Virus record (IMG/VR): IMGVR_UViG_3300038393_002953
DNA: 64,000 nucleotides
Origin: an uncultured virus (IMG/VR IMGVR_UViG_3300038393_002953)
Taxonomy: Duplodnaviria > Heunggongvirae > Uroviricota > Caudoviricetes
Strand: one strand, 5' to 3'
The position numbers were made by a program, and so were the translations under genes. Of this stretch, positions 1-9,691 are shown piece by piece (the first letter of the stretch is position 1; each line of letters starts with the position of its first letter). Under the pieces are notes generated by a model. The model saw only the letters and a list, made by a program, of their open reading frames with translations. It was not told where the DNA came from and did not search any database.

Positions 1-3000
1 GCCTACCACAACCCAGACTGGAACGCCGCGCTGCTGCCCGACCCCACGCAGCCGAGCGGGCACCCCAGCCACCAGTACGTCTGGGTCGATCGCTTCCTGG
101 GCCTGGTCTCCGCGCCCACGCCCAGCAACGCGGAGGGCAAGCCCGCGCTGAACGTGAACTGCCAGGACTTCATGAAGCTCGCGGCCAAGGCCGAGACCCA
201 GCGCGTCTACGCGCCCCTGATGGTCACGAATGACTGCCGTCTGGACGCCTCCCGGCTGCCCCTGGCGGCGGACAACTCCGACGACTTCGACACCAACAAG
301 GTCCTCTACGACCCGCGCCGCACCTCGCGATCGCTGAAGGACTTCGCCTACGGCATGCGACCGGTCAACTTCCAGAACGTCAAGGAGGAGGTCCTGGCCT
401 CGATCGGGCCGGACGGCAAGAGCGCGCTCTCGGTCAACCAGGACTGGAGCCCCGTGCCGGAGCCCCAGATCTTCATGGAGGCGCTCCGCTGCAACGACGA
501 CGGCACGATCGCGAACCCCACCTCGCCAACGGTCGCGAACGGCGCGATCGTGCGCTGGTACGACTCCTACGAGCCGACCGGCAAGCCCGTGCGCGTGGAT
601 CGCTGGAACGGCATCGACATGGCGCTGGATCGCTTCTTCGACCCCAACAAGGGCGCGGCGGACCACGCCTTCATCTCGAACTACGGCAACTGGTCGCTCG
701 TGATCGACACGATGGTGGACATCGCGAACGCCGTGGACGACCCGACCGCGAGCGGTATCGCGCTCTTCGCGCTCTACTGCGAGGGCGGCGTGAAGGTCTA
801 CTGGGACGGCCAGGAGATCGCGAGCAAACCCGGCGAGACCACGCTCGCGGACTTCGCGAACTTCCTGACCCAGGGCGCGCAACCCCAGCCCGAGCTGGGC
901 TACCAGGCGTTGCCGACGAACCGCGCGATCGTCCAGCCCGCCGACGACGGCGTGATCGCCTGGACCGCCGACATCGTGCCCAAGGGCGATGACGGCAAGA
1001 GCGTCAAGCTGCACCACCTCAAGATCATCTACCAGTGCGGCTCGCACGTCGGCAACCGAAACATCCTGCGCCTGCGCTGGTGGGGACGGACGGCGGCGCA
1101 GCGCAACGCGTTGATCCAGAACGCCTCGGCGCTGGAGGCCTCGGTGGTCATGCGCACCTACAACGAGGACGCCTCCTCGCCCAGCGCGAAGGAGGGCTGG
1201 GGCTACCGCAACAAGCTCGCCAAGGCGCTGTTCTTCACGAACTCCACGACGCCCCCGACCGGGGTCGAGGCGGCGAACCAGCGCATCGGCGACCTCAAGG
1301 CCGCGCAGGTCGAGGAGAACGACTACGAGGATCCGCTCTACCCGGGCGTCAGCAACGACCAGTCCGTGATGTCGGGCGGCACGAACTTCACGATGGCCTC
1401 GAACGCCTTCGTCTCGGCGCTGAACTACATCATCCAGAAGACCGACGAGTCCGCTCCGGGATCGTTCATCGGCTGGGCGCAGGACGCCGACGCGCCGGAC
1501 CCGCAGTGGCACGACGCGGCGATCGGGCGTCATTACCGCATCCCCCACCTCGGCGAGATCCCGCCCTACGCGGACCTGCTGGTGGCGAGATTGCCGGTGG
1601 AGAAGTCCGACCCCGAGTGGGGCTACAACGCGCTCTACACGCGCGGCGGCATCGAGTTCAACCTGCCCGTGCCATCGCTCGGTCAGCTGATCAGCGGCCC
1701 GGGGGCGGGCTCCTCGCGCCTGTTCCCGGCGGCCAAGTACGTCTACAAGGCGCAGCGCGGCTCGCTGACGGTGGACGACCTGATCTCTGACATTATGATT
1801 GAGGACGCCTTCGGAGTGGACCGCTACACGGGCGCCTTCTCGGACGCCGTGAACGCCTTCAACCCGCCCGCCGAGCTGCCGCTCTACACGCTCATGCGCC
1901 AGGGCTGGTGGGAGCAGCATGCCTCAGGCGGCGCGCTCGTCGCCTACGGCCCGGTGGTCGGTTCCGGAGGCTACGGCACCGACCTGATCGGCGGCGGCGC
2001 GTTCCCCGGGGTCGGCGCACCCGGCGTCTCCGTCTTCCTGCCGAAGGTCGCGCTGGGACAGGTCCAGCAGGCCCCGGACACGCTGCGCCTGGATCTGGAG
2101 ACGGCGGCGAACTCGCACGAGGCGATCCGCAAGGTCCTCGACGTCCTGAAGTCGAACTTCTACCTCAACGCGGACGAGTATGGCCGCGTGCGGGGCCGCT
2201 ACCTGATGCAGGACGGCCTGCCACGCCTGATCCCGCCAGCCTATCCCGCGCTCCAACCGGACAACCGTGACCGCGAGTTCTACTGCATGACCGCGATCGG
2301 CTACAACCGCACGATGGATCTGCCCCAGGACGTCGTGGTCGAGGACGGCGAGAACCCGCCGATGCCGCTCAAACTGGACCGCGAGACGACCTTCTCCGGC
2401 GAGGTCGTGATGGACGTGCCCGACACCACCCAGCCGATCAACGGGACGTCCTACCCGGCGGCGCCCAACCCCTATCCCGCCGACACGAACACGCTGCCCG
2501 AGCGCGTGCTGTTCTTCCAGCCGGTCTTCCTGTCCTCCAGCGCCTCGGATCCCAACGGCGTCTCGGTCTCCGACCGCGACCTGTCCGATCGCGACCACAT
2601 CTCGTCCTACCGGCTCTACCGCCGCCGCTGGAACTGGAGCGCGCGCCGCTGGCAGTGGGACTCCGTGGACATCCCGGCCAACGCGGACGGCACGCCCGCG
2701 CCGACGCCCTTCACCAACACCTACCGGGGCTTCTACGCGCTCAGCGAGAGCCGCCAGACCGACACCTACAAGGTCTTCTGGGTGGTCGGCCCCGACAAGG
2801 TGGACGCCTGGAGCCTGGACGTCGCGCCCCCGCCGACCCAGAACTACGACCCGCGCGAGCTGGTCGAGGAGGCCGCGTACTCCACCGACGCCCCGGCGGC
2901 GCGCACGATCCGCCCGCTGGTGGTCGGCTACGACTACCGTCTCTCGGCGATCACCTCGCTCTCGTTCCCGCGCGACGACTTCGACCAGGTGACCCGCGTC

Positions 3001-5466
3001 CAGCTCTACGGCCAGCGCAACGCGCTCTCGAACCCCGACCTCGTGCAGGAGGAGGGCACGCGCGTGATCTTCACGACGACGGGCGACCTGACCCGCAACC
3101 CCTTCCTGCCCAAGCTCTACGCGACCGCTCCGGGCCTCAGCGCGGGCGAGGCCATCAAGGCCGCGATCTCGCGAGACGCCTTCAACGGCGGCTCGGACTC
3201 GGGCTTCATCTTGGGCTGGCTGCCTAGCGGATCGACGCACGTCTCTGACGTCATCAACTCCTGCTCGAACATCCTGGTGGTGGACGAGCCGAGCGCGGGC
3301 GAGGTCGGGCACTGGTTCGAACAGCCCCACGACGGCAGCGGCAACGCGATCGGCTGCTCGACCTGGTGGTTACCCTCGCGTCCGGCGGGCGAGGTTTTCC
3401 CCGGCTCCTGGGAACTCGACTGGGACGGCTTCGCGCTGGGCGAGACCTTCACGGAGTTGAAGATCGAGCCGACCTCGCCCTCCTCGCTGGGCTGGCCGAA
3501 GGTCGGCAACGTCCTCAAACCACGCCAGCTCCCCTGGAGCGTGACGATCCCCGGACGCTCCGGCACGTCGCCGGAGTTCGGCTGGTGGTCGCCAGAGGGC
3601 AAGGCCCAGAACCTCTACTACCTGAATAGCAACCCTGCGACCCAGAACGCCGACCATATGAAGATCCTGGAGGATCGCGTGCGCGGCGGCTACGTGCAGG
3701 ACGCGCGCTTCTCGCTCGCGACGCCCATGGCCCCGAGCGACGACCGCATCGCCACGCAGGCGCTGAGCGTGCCCGACGACGAGCGCTACTTCGAGCTGTT
3801 CACACTGGACTTCGGCAAGGAGATCGAGGTCGGCGAGATCGGCCTGGCGGTCGGCTACGCGCCCTACGCCCTGGAGGCATTCGGAGGCGCCCAGGCGCAG
3901 ATCGGGCTCGGCCCTCAGGCCAAGCACTTCCGCTGGATCGTCAAGACCGGCGGCAAGACCTTCAACGCGCCCGGCGACAACGTGAGGATCAAGCTGTACG
4001 ACATCGCGGGCTTCGCCGACCCGACGCCCGAGTGGGACGGCGGCGACGTCTACGGCGCGCTCGCGGCCAGCACGACCTGGAACGTGGACGTCAACGCGCT
4101 CGGAGAGCCCGGCTGGCTCAAGGACGCGGTGCGCTTCTGGGTCACGCACGAGGACAACGCGATCCGCTCGACGCAGGGCGGCGCGCCCGTCTGCGAGTTC
4201 TTCCTCCAGCTCGAAGTCGGCAAGATCGCCGAGACCATGCTGACGGCAGACGGCGACCCGGTGACCACCAACGCGATCCAGTGGCAGGTGATCACGACCG
4301 ACCAGCGCCTGATCACCCGCCCCGAGTTCTACAAGTGGGCCGAGGACTTCTTCAAGAATTACCCCGTCTCTGGCCGCTACCTGCGCCTGCGCGCGCGCCG
4401 CGTCTCGCCGGTGGAATACTCGGGCTTCCTGACCCGCTGCCACAACCCCCAGCCCTTCGCGGGCGGCGGCAACAACACCGGGCTGAACGTCACGAGCCGC
4501 CTGCGCTACAAGGGCACGAACGCGCTAGCGGGCGGCACCTACGCGCTGACGCTGCGTCGCCACGAGGACGGCTCCTCGCGCTACGCGATCGGCTGGAACG
4601 GCGCCGAGACCGATTACTTCTCCTGGGCCTCCGGGCGCTCGTTCGACCTGGACGGCGGCCAGGCCGGTATCCTGACCGTCTCGCTCCAGAACGCGGCGCC
4701 CTACCTGCTGCCGGGCGACGTGCTGTCTGACGACCTCCAGGTCGCGGACACGATCGTCCTGGAGGGCAAGCGCCACATCGGCAACGGCGAATACTGGTAC
4801 GCGGGCGTCAACCTGCTGCCGTCCTTCGCGATCCGCTCGACAGAAGGTACCAACCGAATGAAGCTGGCGCCCTGGTTCGGCGCGCTGCCGCCGGTCTTCT
4901 ACCACGTCAAGGCGATCTCGATCCAGAAGCTCTACGTCCTCCAGAAGGCGCAGATCCGCCAAGAGGCGCTGCTCCAGCCCGATCCCCTGGGCGCCGACCC
5001 GCGCGCGAACGAGTGGTACGATCCGAAGATCGCGGCGCTGGGCGATGGGCTGGGCGATCGCCGCGTGGCCTACCAGGCCGCCTCCGTGCCGCGCCGCTCG
5101 ATGACCCGCCTGGATCGCAACGGCAGGCGCCATCATGCCTTCAATCATCGATCGATGCTGAAGCAGGATCCCTCCTCCTACACCGAGGGGCGCGCGCTCA
5201 CCACGGCCTGGCAGGTCCTCCAGGAGGCCAAGGTCCCGCGCCAGGGCGCCTCGGTCAACGTGGTCTACTTCCCCGAGCTTCGCGTGTTCCAGACCGTGCT
5301 GGTGGACGAGCGCTGCGTCAAGGGCGTGGTCTACCACGACTACACCGACCCCGACCAGGGGCCGATCGAGCCGTTCGGGCGCACCATGCTGATCGGCAAG
5401 CTCTCGATCAGCAAGCAGGGGCCGACGCCCTCCTCGTCCATCACGCTCCGAGACTACCAGGGGTAA
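1..5466 (+). CDS. Very large putative virion structural protein (tail/baseplate-like), 5'-truncated by the window edge
   Basis: Frame is open from base 1 (AYHNPDW...) into the 1770-aa ORF; high GC3 codon bias; upstream of the lysis cassette; no enzyme motif recognised. Confidence 0.6.
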   Translation, partial: AYHNPDWNAALLPDPTQPSGHPSHQYVWVDRFLGLVSAPTPSNAEGKPALNVNCQDFMKLAAKAETQRVYAPLMVTNDCRLDASRLPLAADNSDDFDTNKVLYDPRRTSRSLKDFAYGMRPVNFQNVKEEVLASIGPDGKSALSVNQDWSPVPEPQIFMEALRCNDDGTIANPTSPTVANGAIVRWYDSYEPTGKPVRVDRWNGIDMALDRFFDPNKGAADHAFISNYGNWSLVIDTMVDIANAVDDPTASGIALFALYCEGGVKVYWDGQEIASKPGETTLADFANFLTQGAQPQPELGYQALPTNRAIVQPADDGVIAWTADIVPKGDDGKSVKLHHLKIIYQCGSHVGNRNILRLRWWGRTAAQRNALIQNASALEASVVMRTYNEDASSPSAKEGWGYRNKLAKALFFTNSTTPPTGVEAANQRIGDLKAAQVEENDYEDPLYPGVSNDQSVMSGGTNFTMASNAFVSALNYIIQKTDESAPGSFIGWAQDADAPDPQWHDAAIGRHYRIPHLGEIPPYADLLVARLPVEKSDPEWGYNALYTRGGIEFNLPVPSLGQLISGPGAGSSRLFPAAKYVYKAQRGSLTVDDLISDIMIEDAFGVDRYTGAFSDAVNAFNPPAELPLYTLMRQGWWEQHASGGALVAYGPVVGSGGYGTDLIGGGAFPGVGAPGVSVFLPKVALGQVQQAPDTLRLDLETAANSHEAIRKVLDVLKSNFYLNADEYGRVRGRYLMQDGLPRLIPPAYPALQPDNRDREFYCMTAIGYNRTMDLPQDVVVEDGENPPMPLKLDRETTFSGEVVMDVPDTTQPINGTSYPAAPNPYPADTNTLPERVLFFQPVFLSSSASDPNGVSVSDRDLSDRDHISSYRLYRRRWNWSARRWQWDSVDIPANADGTPAPTPFTNTYRGFYALSESRQTDTYKVFWVVGPDKVDAWSLDVAPPPTQNYDPRELVEEAAYSTDAPAARTIRPLVVGYDYRLSAITSLSFPRDDFDQVTRVQLYGQRNALSNPDLVQEEGTRVIFTTTGDLTRNPFLPKLYATAPGLSAGEAIKAAISRDAFNGGSDSGFILGWLPSGSTHVSDVINSCSNILVVDEPSAGEVGHWFEQPHDGSGNAIGCSTWWLPSRPAGEVFPGSWELDWDGFALGETFTELKIEPTSPSSLGWPKVGNVLKPRQLPWSVTIPGRSGTSPEFGWWSPEGKAQNLYYLNSNPATQNADHMKILEDRVRGGYVQDARFSLATPMAPSDDRIATQALSVPDDERYFELFTLDFGKEIEVGEIGLAVGYAPYALEAFGGAQAQIGLGPQAKHFRWIVKTGGKTFNAPGDNVRIKLYDIAGFADPTPEWDGGDVYGALAASTTWNVDVNALGEPGWLKDAVRFWVTHEDNAIRSTQGGAPVCEFFLQLEVGKIAETMLTADGDPVTTNAIQWQVITTDQRLITRPEFYKWAEDFFKNYPVSGRYLRLRARRVSPVEYSGFLTRCHNPQPFAGGGNNTGLNVTSRLRYKGTNALAGGTYALTLRRHEDGSSRYAIGWNGAETDYFSWASGRSFDLDGGQAGILTVSLQNAAPYLLPGDVLSDDLQVADTIVLEGKRHIGNGEYWYAGVNLLPSFAIRSTEGTNRMKLAPWFGALPPVFYHVKAISIQKLYVLQKAQIRQEALLQPDPLGADPRANEWYDPKIAALGDGLGDRRVAYQAASVPRRSMTRLDRNGRRHHAFNHRSMLKQDPSSYTEGRALTTAWQVLQEAKVPRQGASVNVVYFPELRVFQTVLVDERCVKGVVYHDYTDPDQGPIEPFGRTMLIGKLSISKQGPTPSSSITLRDYQG

Positions 5467-5469
5467 GCC

Positions 5470-6840
5470 ATGAGCCACGACCTCCACGCGCCGTTCTTCA
5501 CGGACCATCCGGCCAAGGCGATCTCGGACTTCACGCGCGACCAGATCCAGCGCTCGCAGCGCAACCAGGACCCCACCTCCGGCACGCCGTTCTCCGACCC
5601 GGGCATCTCGACCTCGCCTGTCGTTCGCTCGTTCGGCACGACGCGCTCCGCCGCCGCCGTCTCCGGCGCGCCGACCGGGGCGGTCCAGCAGGCACCGTCC
5701 TCCGGCGGGGTCTCCTCGTCCCAGGCGATCACCTACGCGCCCGAGGTGCTGCGCGGCCTGAGGGTCTGGCTGACCTCCGCCGACCCCTCGGACCCGAGCA
5801 AGCCCGTGAACCTGCTCTTCATCGAGGAAGGCGCGGTGCGCTTCTCCGACGGCACGATCCGGGTCTTCTCGGACGACGCGTCACTGACCTACCAGCAGAT
5901 CATCGACCCGGCCTACTCCCTCAAGGCCTGGCATCCCTCCGGCGTCGGCACCGGGTCGGATCTGATCTCGGCCTACACGCTCGGCGAGGACGACGGCGCG
6001 GGCGGGATCAAGCCCTCATACGCCGCCGACACGGCTTACGAGATGAGCGTCTCGCCCAATGGGCTGGCCTGGCAAAAGGGCGACCTCGCGCGAGACGTCG
6101 TGTGGATCGCCTCGATCTACGTGCCGGGCGCCGACGCGCCGATCCGTGCGCACATGGCGCATGACCGCCGGGTGGTCGAGGCCACCTGGGCCGAGATCAC
6201 CGACCACGACCGCCTGGGCGCTAGGCGCCTGGAAGGCACGGGCTCCGCGCTGCCCGGGCGCGGCGCGGACGACGACTACCTTCTCGGTCGCGTGCCCCAC
6301 GCCGAGGTCTTCGATCGCAAGTTCGCCGAGCTGAGGCCGCTCTACGCCCGCGCCAGCACGCCGAGCGCGGAGCCGATCCCCGCCGCCGAGTCGCCAGGCT
6401 TCATCCCGGGCGAGGGCCTCTCGGCCTCGATCGAGACGCGCAACGGCCTGCCCTGCGTGCGGATCGGCCTCGCGATCGGCCACACGACCGACGCCGAGAG
6501 GCCCCGCACCGGCACGCTGACCTTCGACTTCACCGGGGACGCCGACCTGGAAGTGAGCCAGGCGCTGCCGGATCACTGCGCAGGCAAGACGCTGACCTTT
6601 GTGCTGGTGGGCAATACCACCGGACGCGCCGTGGGGATGCCGCTTCACCAGGGGAACGTCATATCGGTCCGGCTGCCTCGCGAGTACGAGACCGGCCTGG
6701 CGACCCCCAACACGGGGGGCCACTCGCATGGCCTCACGGGCGGCGGCGCCACCGACGAGGCCGTGGTCCCCTACCCGACGCAGATCGCCGAGAAGCCTGC
6801 CACCGGGCAGGTTTCGCTCCGCTGGATCCTTTTGGATTAA
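5470..6840 (+). CDS. Putative virion/tail-associated protein
   Basis: 456-aa ORF 3 nt after the previous stop; GGHSHGLTGG near the C-terminus resembles tail-fibre HxH motifs. Confidence 0.5.
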   Translation: MSHDLHAPFFTDHPAKAISDFTRDQIQRSQRNQDPTSGTPFSDPGISTSPVVRSFGTTRSAAAVSGAPTGAVQQAPSSGGVSSSQAITYAPEVLRGLRVWLTSADPSDPSKPVNLLFIEEGAVRFSDGTIRVFSDDASLTYQQIIDPAYSLKAWHPSGVGTGSDLISAYTLGEDDGAGGIKPSYAADTAYEMSVSPNGLAWQKGDLARDVVWIASIYVPGADAPIRAHMAHDRRVVEATWAEITDHDRLGARRLEGTGSALPGRGADDDYLLGRVPHAEVFDRKFAELRPLYARASTPSAEPIPAAESPGFIPGEGLSASIETRNGLPCVRIGLAIGHTTDAERPRTGTLTFDFTGDADLEVSQALPDHCAGKTLTFVLVGNTTGRAVGMPLHQGNVISVRLPREYETGLATPNTGGHSHGLTGGGATDEAVVPYPTQIAEKPATGQVSLRWILLD

Positions 6841-6921
6841 TCTTAATATAAAGAAAGATATACGGACTCCTCCAGGCGCTCTAAATCTTCGAGAAGAGCG
6901 CGTCGAGAGGAGGTCTTTCCC

Positions 6922-7212
6922 ATGGAGAAACTGCTCGAAGCCATCATCAAGAGCGCGGGGGGCCAGCTCTCCGTCCTCCTGCTGCTGGGCGGCATCCTGA
7001 TGGCCGGGTCGGTCATCGGCGTCCTGTGGATGTCCTTGAACGCCGAGCGCGCCAAGAACGACAAGCTGCACGACCGCATCGACGAGCTGCTCCGGGAGAT
7101 GCTGGACATGTCCACGGAATTCGGTAAGCAGCAGTCCAAGCTGACGGACGAGATGCGTCAGACCATCGCCCTCGTCATCGCTGCGGTGCCGCAGCAGGCC
7201 AAGAGGGACTAA
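6922..7212 (+). CDS. Putative holin (one TM segment plus coiled coil)
   Basis: Hydrophobic LSVLLLLGGILMAGSVIGVLWM; GGAGG RBS; upstream of endolysin. Confidence 0.55.
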   Translation: MEKLLEAIIKSAGGQLSVLLLLGGILMAGSVIGVLWMSLNAERAKNDKLHDRIDELLREMLDMSTEFGKQQSKLTDEMRQTIALVIAAVPQQAKRD

Positions 7213-7214
7213 CG

Positions 7215-7403
7215 ATGTCCAAGCCCATCAAGAAGCACGCACGCCCCACGAACCTGTCCACCGTGCGGGAGGAGAAGGAACGCCAGGCGAAAGCCGCTTA
7301 CCAATCCTCCCTGGATGGGCTGAAGGTCATTTGCGGTGAGTTCAGCGATCTGCGATCGCGGCTGCAATCCGCGATCCCCCCACAGCAATACAAGGAGGCC
7401 TAG
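7215..7403 (+). CDS. Small hypothetical protein in lysis cassette
   Basis: 62-aa ORF tightly packed between holin and endolysin candidates. Confidence 0.55.
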   Translation: MSKPIKKHARPTNLSTVREEKERQAKAAYQSSLDGLKVICGEFSDLRSRLQSAIPPQQYKEA

Positions 7404-7422
7404 CCCTCCGAGAGGTGATACC

Positions 7423-8118
7423 ATGGCCGTCAAGTTTTTCGACGCGTCGGCGCTGTTCGGCAAGAAGGAGTTCGTGACCCTGCCCGACGGCATGGTCGTC
7501 CAGCTCTGCGAGGACAACCCCCAGCGCAAGGATCCGCTGCTGCCCGCCGGGAGCAAGATGCAGGGCATCACGCTGCACTGGAGCGCGGGCACCTACAACC
7601 AGATCTTCGACGGCTACGCCTACTGCGTGGTCTTCAACCCCAAGAACGGCAACGTTTGGATCGTCAAGACGCTGCGCGCCACCGAGAAGGGCTACCACCT
7701 CTGGGGCCGCAACTCCGGACACATGGGCGTCTCCTTCATGGCCATGCGCGGCGCGAGCCCGGACGGCCACACCGGCCAGTACCCGATCCCCGACGTGATG
7801 GCGCAGGCCGCCTGGGCCTTCGTGGCCGAGATGTGCATCGACCTGAAACACAAGCCCGACGACATGATCGCGCACGCCAAGAAGGCATCGAACGCCACGC
7901 AGATCTGGACGGTGCCCGGCGAGATCCAGATGCCCTTCGTGGCCGACCACCGCGCGTTCGCGCGAAAAGACGGCTACCCCGCCGCCCGATTCGACATCGG
8001 CGACTTCTTCCCGGACTGGCACAACAAGATCCTCTGGTACTACGGCAAGTTCATGACGGGCGACAAGCCCCGCCTGTTCAAGAACGAGCTGGCCGACCTC
8101 AAGCCGCTGGCCGCCTGA
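7423..8118 (+). CDS. Endolysin, amidase-2-like N-acetylmuramoyl-L-alanine amidase
   Basis: GITLHWSAG, HLWGRNSGHMGVSF and ADHRAF resemble Zn-amidase motifs; GAGGTG RBS before ATG 7423. Confidence 0.65.
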   Translation: MAVKFFDASALFGKKEFVTLPDGMVVQLCEDNPQRKDPLLPAGSKMQGITLHWSAGTYNQIFDGYAYCVVFNPKNGNVWIVKTLRATEKGYHLWGRNSGHMGVSFMAMRGASPDGHTGQYPIPDVMAQAAWAFVAEMCIDLKHKPDDMIAHAKKASNATQIWTVPGEIQMPFVADHRAFARKDGYPAARFDIGDFFPDWHNKILWYYGKFMTGDKPRLFKNELADLKPLAA

Positions 8119-8121
8119 CAC

Positions 8122-8161
8122 GAGAAGCCCCCGGGACGCCAGGTCCCGGGGGCTTCTTCTT
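8122..8161. terminator. Bidirectional intrinsic terminator
   Basis: AGAAGCCCCCGGGA/TCCCGGGGGCTTCT inverted repeat between convergent genes. Confidence 0.85.
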
Positions 8162-8168
8162 AGGTAGG

Positions 8169-9068
8169 CTACTCGGCCTTGATCGCGCCGTTGGTGCCCG
8201 AGGAGGCGAAGGCGTTCGCGCCACGCCCGTCGGAGGCCGGGAGGTCCTCCGGGGTGTCCACGTAGACCACGCGCTCCTTGATCGGCTTGAGCCGGATCGC
8301 GAGCTGCGCGACGCGATCGCCGCGCTTGATCACGACAGGGTGGTCGTTGCCGTTCTCCAGCACCACGCGGTAGTAGTCTCGGTAGCCCGCGTCGCACGTC
8401 CCGATGTGGGTCGTGATGTGCGAGGGGAAGCAGTCCGGGTCGGGCGGGACCTCGCCCTTCGCCTGGGCCGACTGGATCGCCGAGATGTTGCGCGCCTTGG
8501 AGGGCTTCGAGGCGAGATTGGCGTTGATGCCCGAGCGGCCCCGGATCTGGGCCTCCCAGTGGAACGGGATCGCGATGATCAGTCCCGTGTCGATCAGCCC
8601 GCGCTGACCAGCCCCGATCGTCGTGTCCGCGATCGCCGTGAGGTCCCAGCAGGCGTCCGCCGGGTGGTTCTTCTCCAGGCGGAAGCCGTCCGACTTCTTG
8701 TAGACGAAGATGTCCACCTCGGTGATCGCGTCCAGCCGCTTCGACAGCGCGTCGATGGCCGTGAGGGCCTTCTCGCGCTCGGCGCTGACGTGGCGGGCCA
8801 GCTCGCCCTGCGACTGATAGATCTGGCGCAGGCCGCCGACGATCTGCTTGAACGAGTCCGCCAGCTTGGCGAAGTCGGCCACGGAGACCGCCGGGCGATC
8901 GGCCTTGCGTCGCCCCAGGCGGCTCAAGCGCAGCAGCGCGATGCCGACGCGCTGGCGCAGCGGGATCTTGACGAGGCCCATCTCCGCGAGGGTCTGGAGC
9001 ATCGCCTCGTCCTGCTCGGGGGTGAGGTCGTCGCCCCCCGAGGGAGCGTGGGGGTTACTGGTCGCCAC
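8169..9068 (-). CDS. dut: Trimeric dUTPase with N-terminal extension
   Basis: Motifs ACWDL, GRSG, GTCDAGYR, GDRVAQL, RGANAFASSG. Confidence 0.9.
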   Translation of the reverse strand: MATSNPHAPSGGDDLTPEQDEAMLQTLAEMGLVKIPLRQRVGIALLRLSRLGRRKADRPAVSVADFAKLADSFKQIVGGLRQIYQSQGELARHVSAEREKALTAIDALSKRLDAITEVDIFVYKKSDGFRLEKNHPADACWDLTAIADTTIGAGQRGLIDTGLIIAIPFHWEAQIRGRSGINANLASKPSKARNISAIQSAQAKGEVPPDPDCFPSHITTHIGTCDAGYRDYYRVVLENGNDHPVVIKRGDRVAQLAIRLKPIKERVVYVDTPEDLPASDGRGANAFASSGTNGAIKAE

Positions 9069-9618
9069 CGGCGGCCTCCTTCTCGTGGACGTTCAGCGCG
9101 CTCAGCACGCCGTTGACGGCGGGGATGTCCTTGCCGTACTTGCGCACGACGCCGAGGCTGACCTCGTAGTCGGGCTTCGAGAGGACGTAGAGGTTCTTCT
9201 CGTCGTCGTGGACGATGCGCATCAGCAGCGTGTCCAGCGCGCGCTCCAGCTCGATCTGATCCGACTCGTTCCAGAGCGTCTCGTCGATCTCGACCAGGAA
9301 CTCGGCCTGCGAGCATTCCGCGCAGTCGCGGTAGAACGGCTTCTGGTGGGGCTTGAGCAGCGAGAGCTTGGCGATCTTGCGCCCGGCGGTCTCGGAGACG
9401 CGCGACACCAGCGCGAACTGGTTCGAGGAGAGGCGCTCGCCGCCGAAATTGGGCAGATCCCGCAGGAGCGCCTCCAGGATGAAGCGCAGCGTCTTGTTGT
9501 TGCGGCGCATCTTCACCTTGTCGTTGACGACGTACTCCTCGGTGTCCGGGAGGCGCTTCGAGAACGACGTGTTGTCGTCGAGGACGTTCTTCGCGGTCTC
9601 TTCGGTGTGGACGGTCAT
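9055..9618 (-). CDS. Hypothetical protein
   Basis: 187-aa ORF, AAGGAG RBS, overlaps dut start. Confidence 0.7.
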   Translation of the reverse strand: MTVHTEETAKNVLDDNTSFSKRLPDTEEYVVNDKVKMRRNNKTLRFILEALLRDLPNFGGERLSSNQFALVSRVSETAGRKIAKLSLLKPHQKPFYRDCAECSQAEFLVEIDETLWNESDQIELERALDTLLMRIVHDDEKNLYVLSKPDYEVSLGVVRKYGKDIPAVNGVLSALNVHEKEAAGGDQ

Positions 9619-9653
9619 GGTCTTCTCCTTGGGAATCGGTGGGTGTCTCGTGA

Positions 9654-9682
9654 ATGATAGCGCGGTTGTCCAGCGCTGTCAA
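9654..9682 (-). promoter_or_regulatory. Sigma70-type promoter
   Basis: TTGACA-17-TATCAT. Confidence 0.75.
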
Positions 9683-9691
9683 GCACAAACG

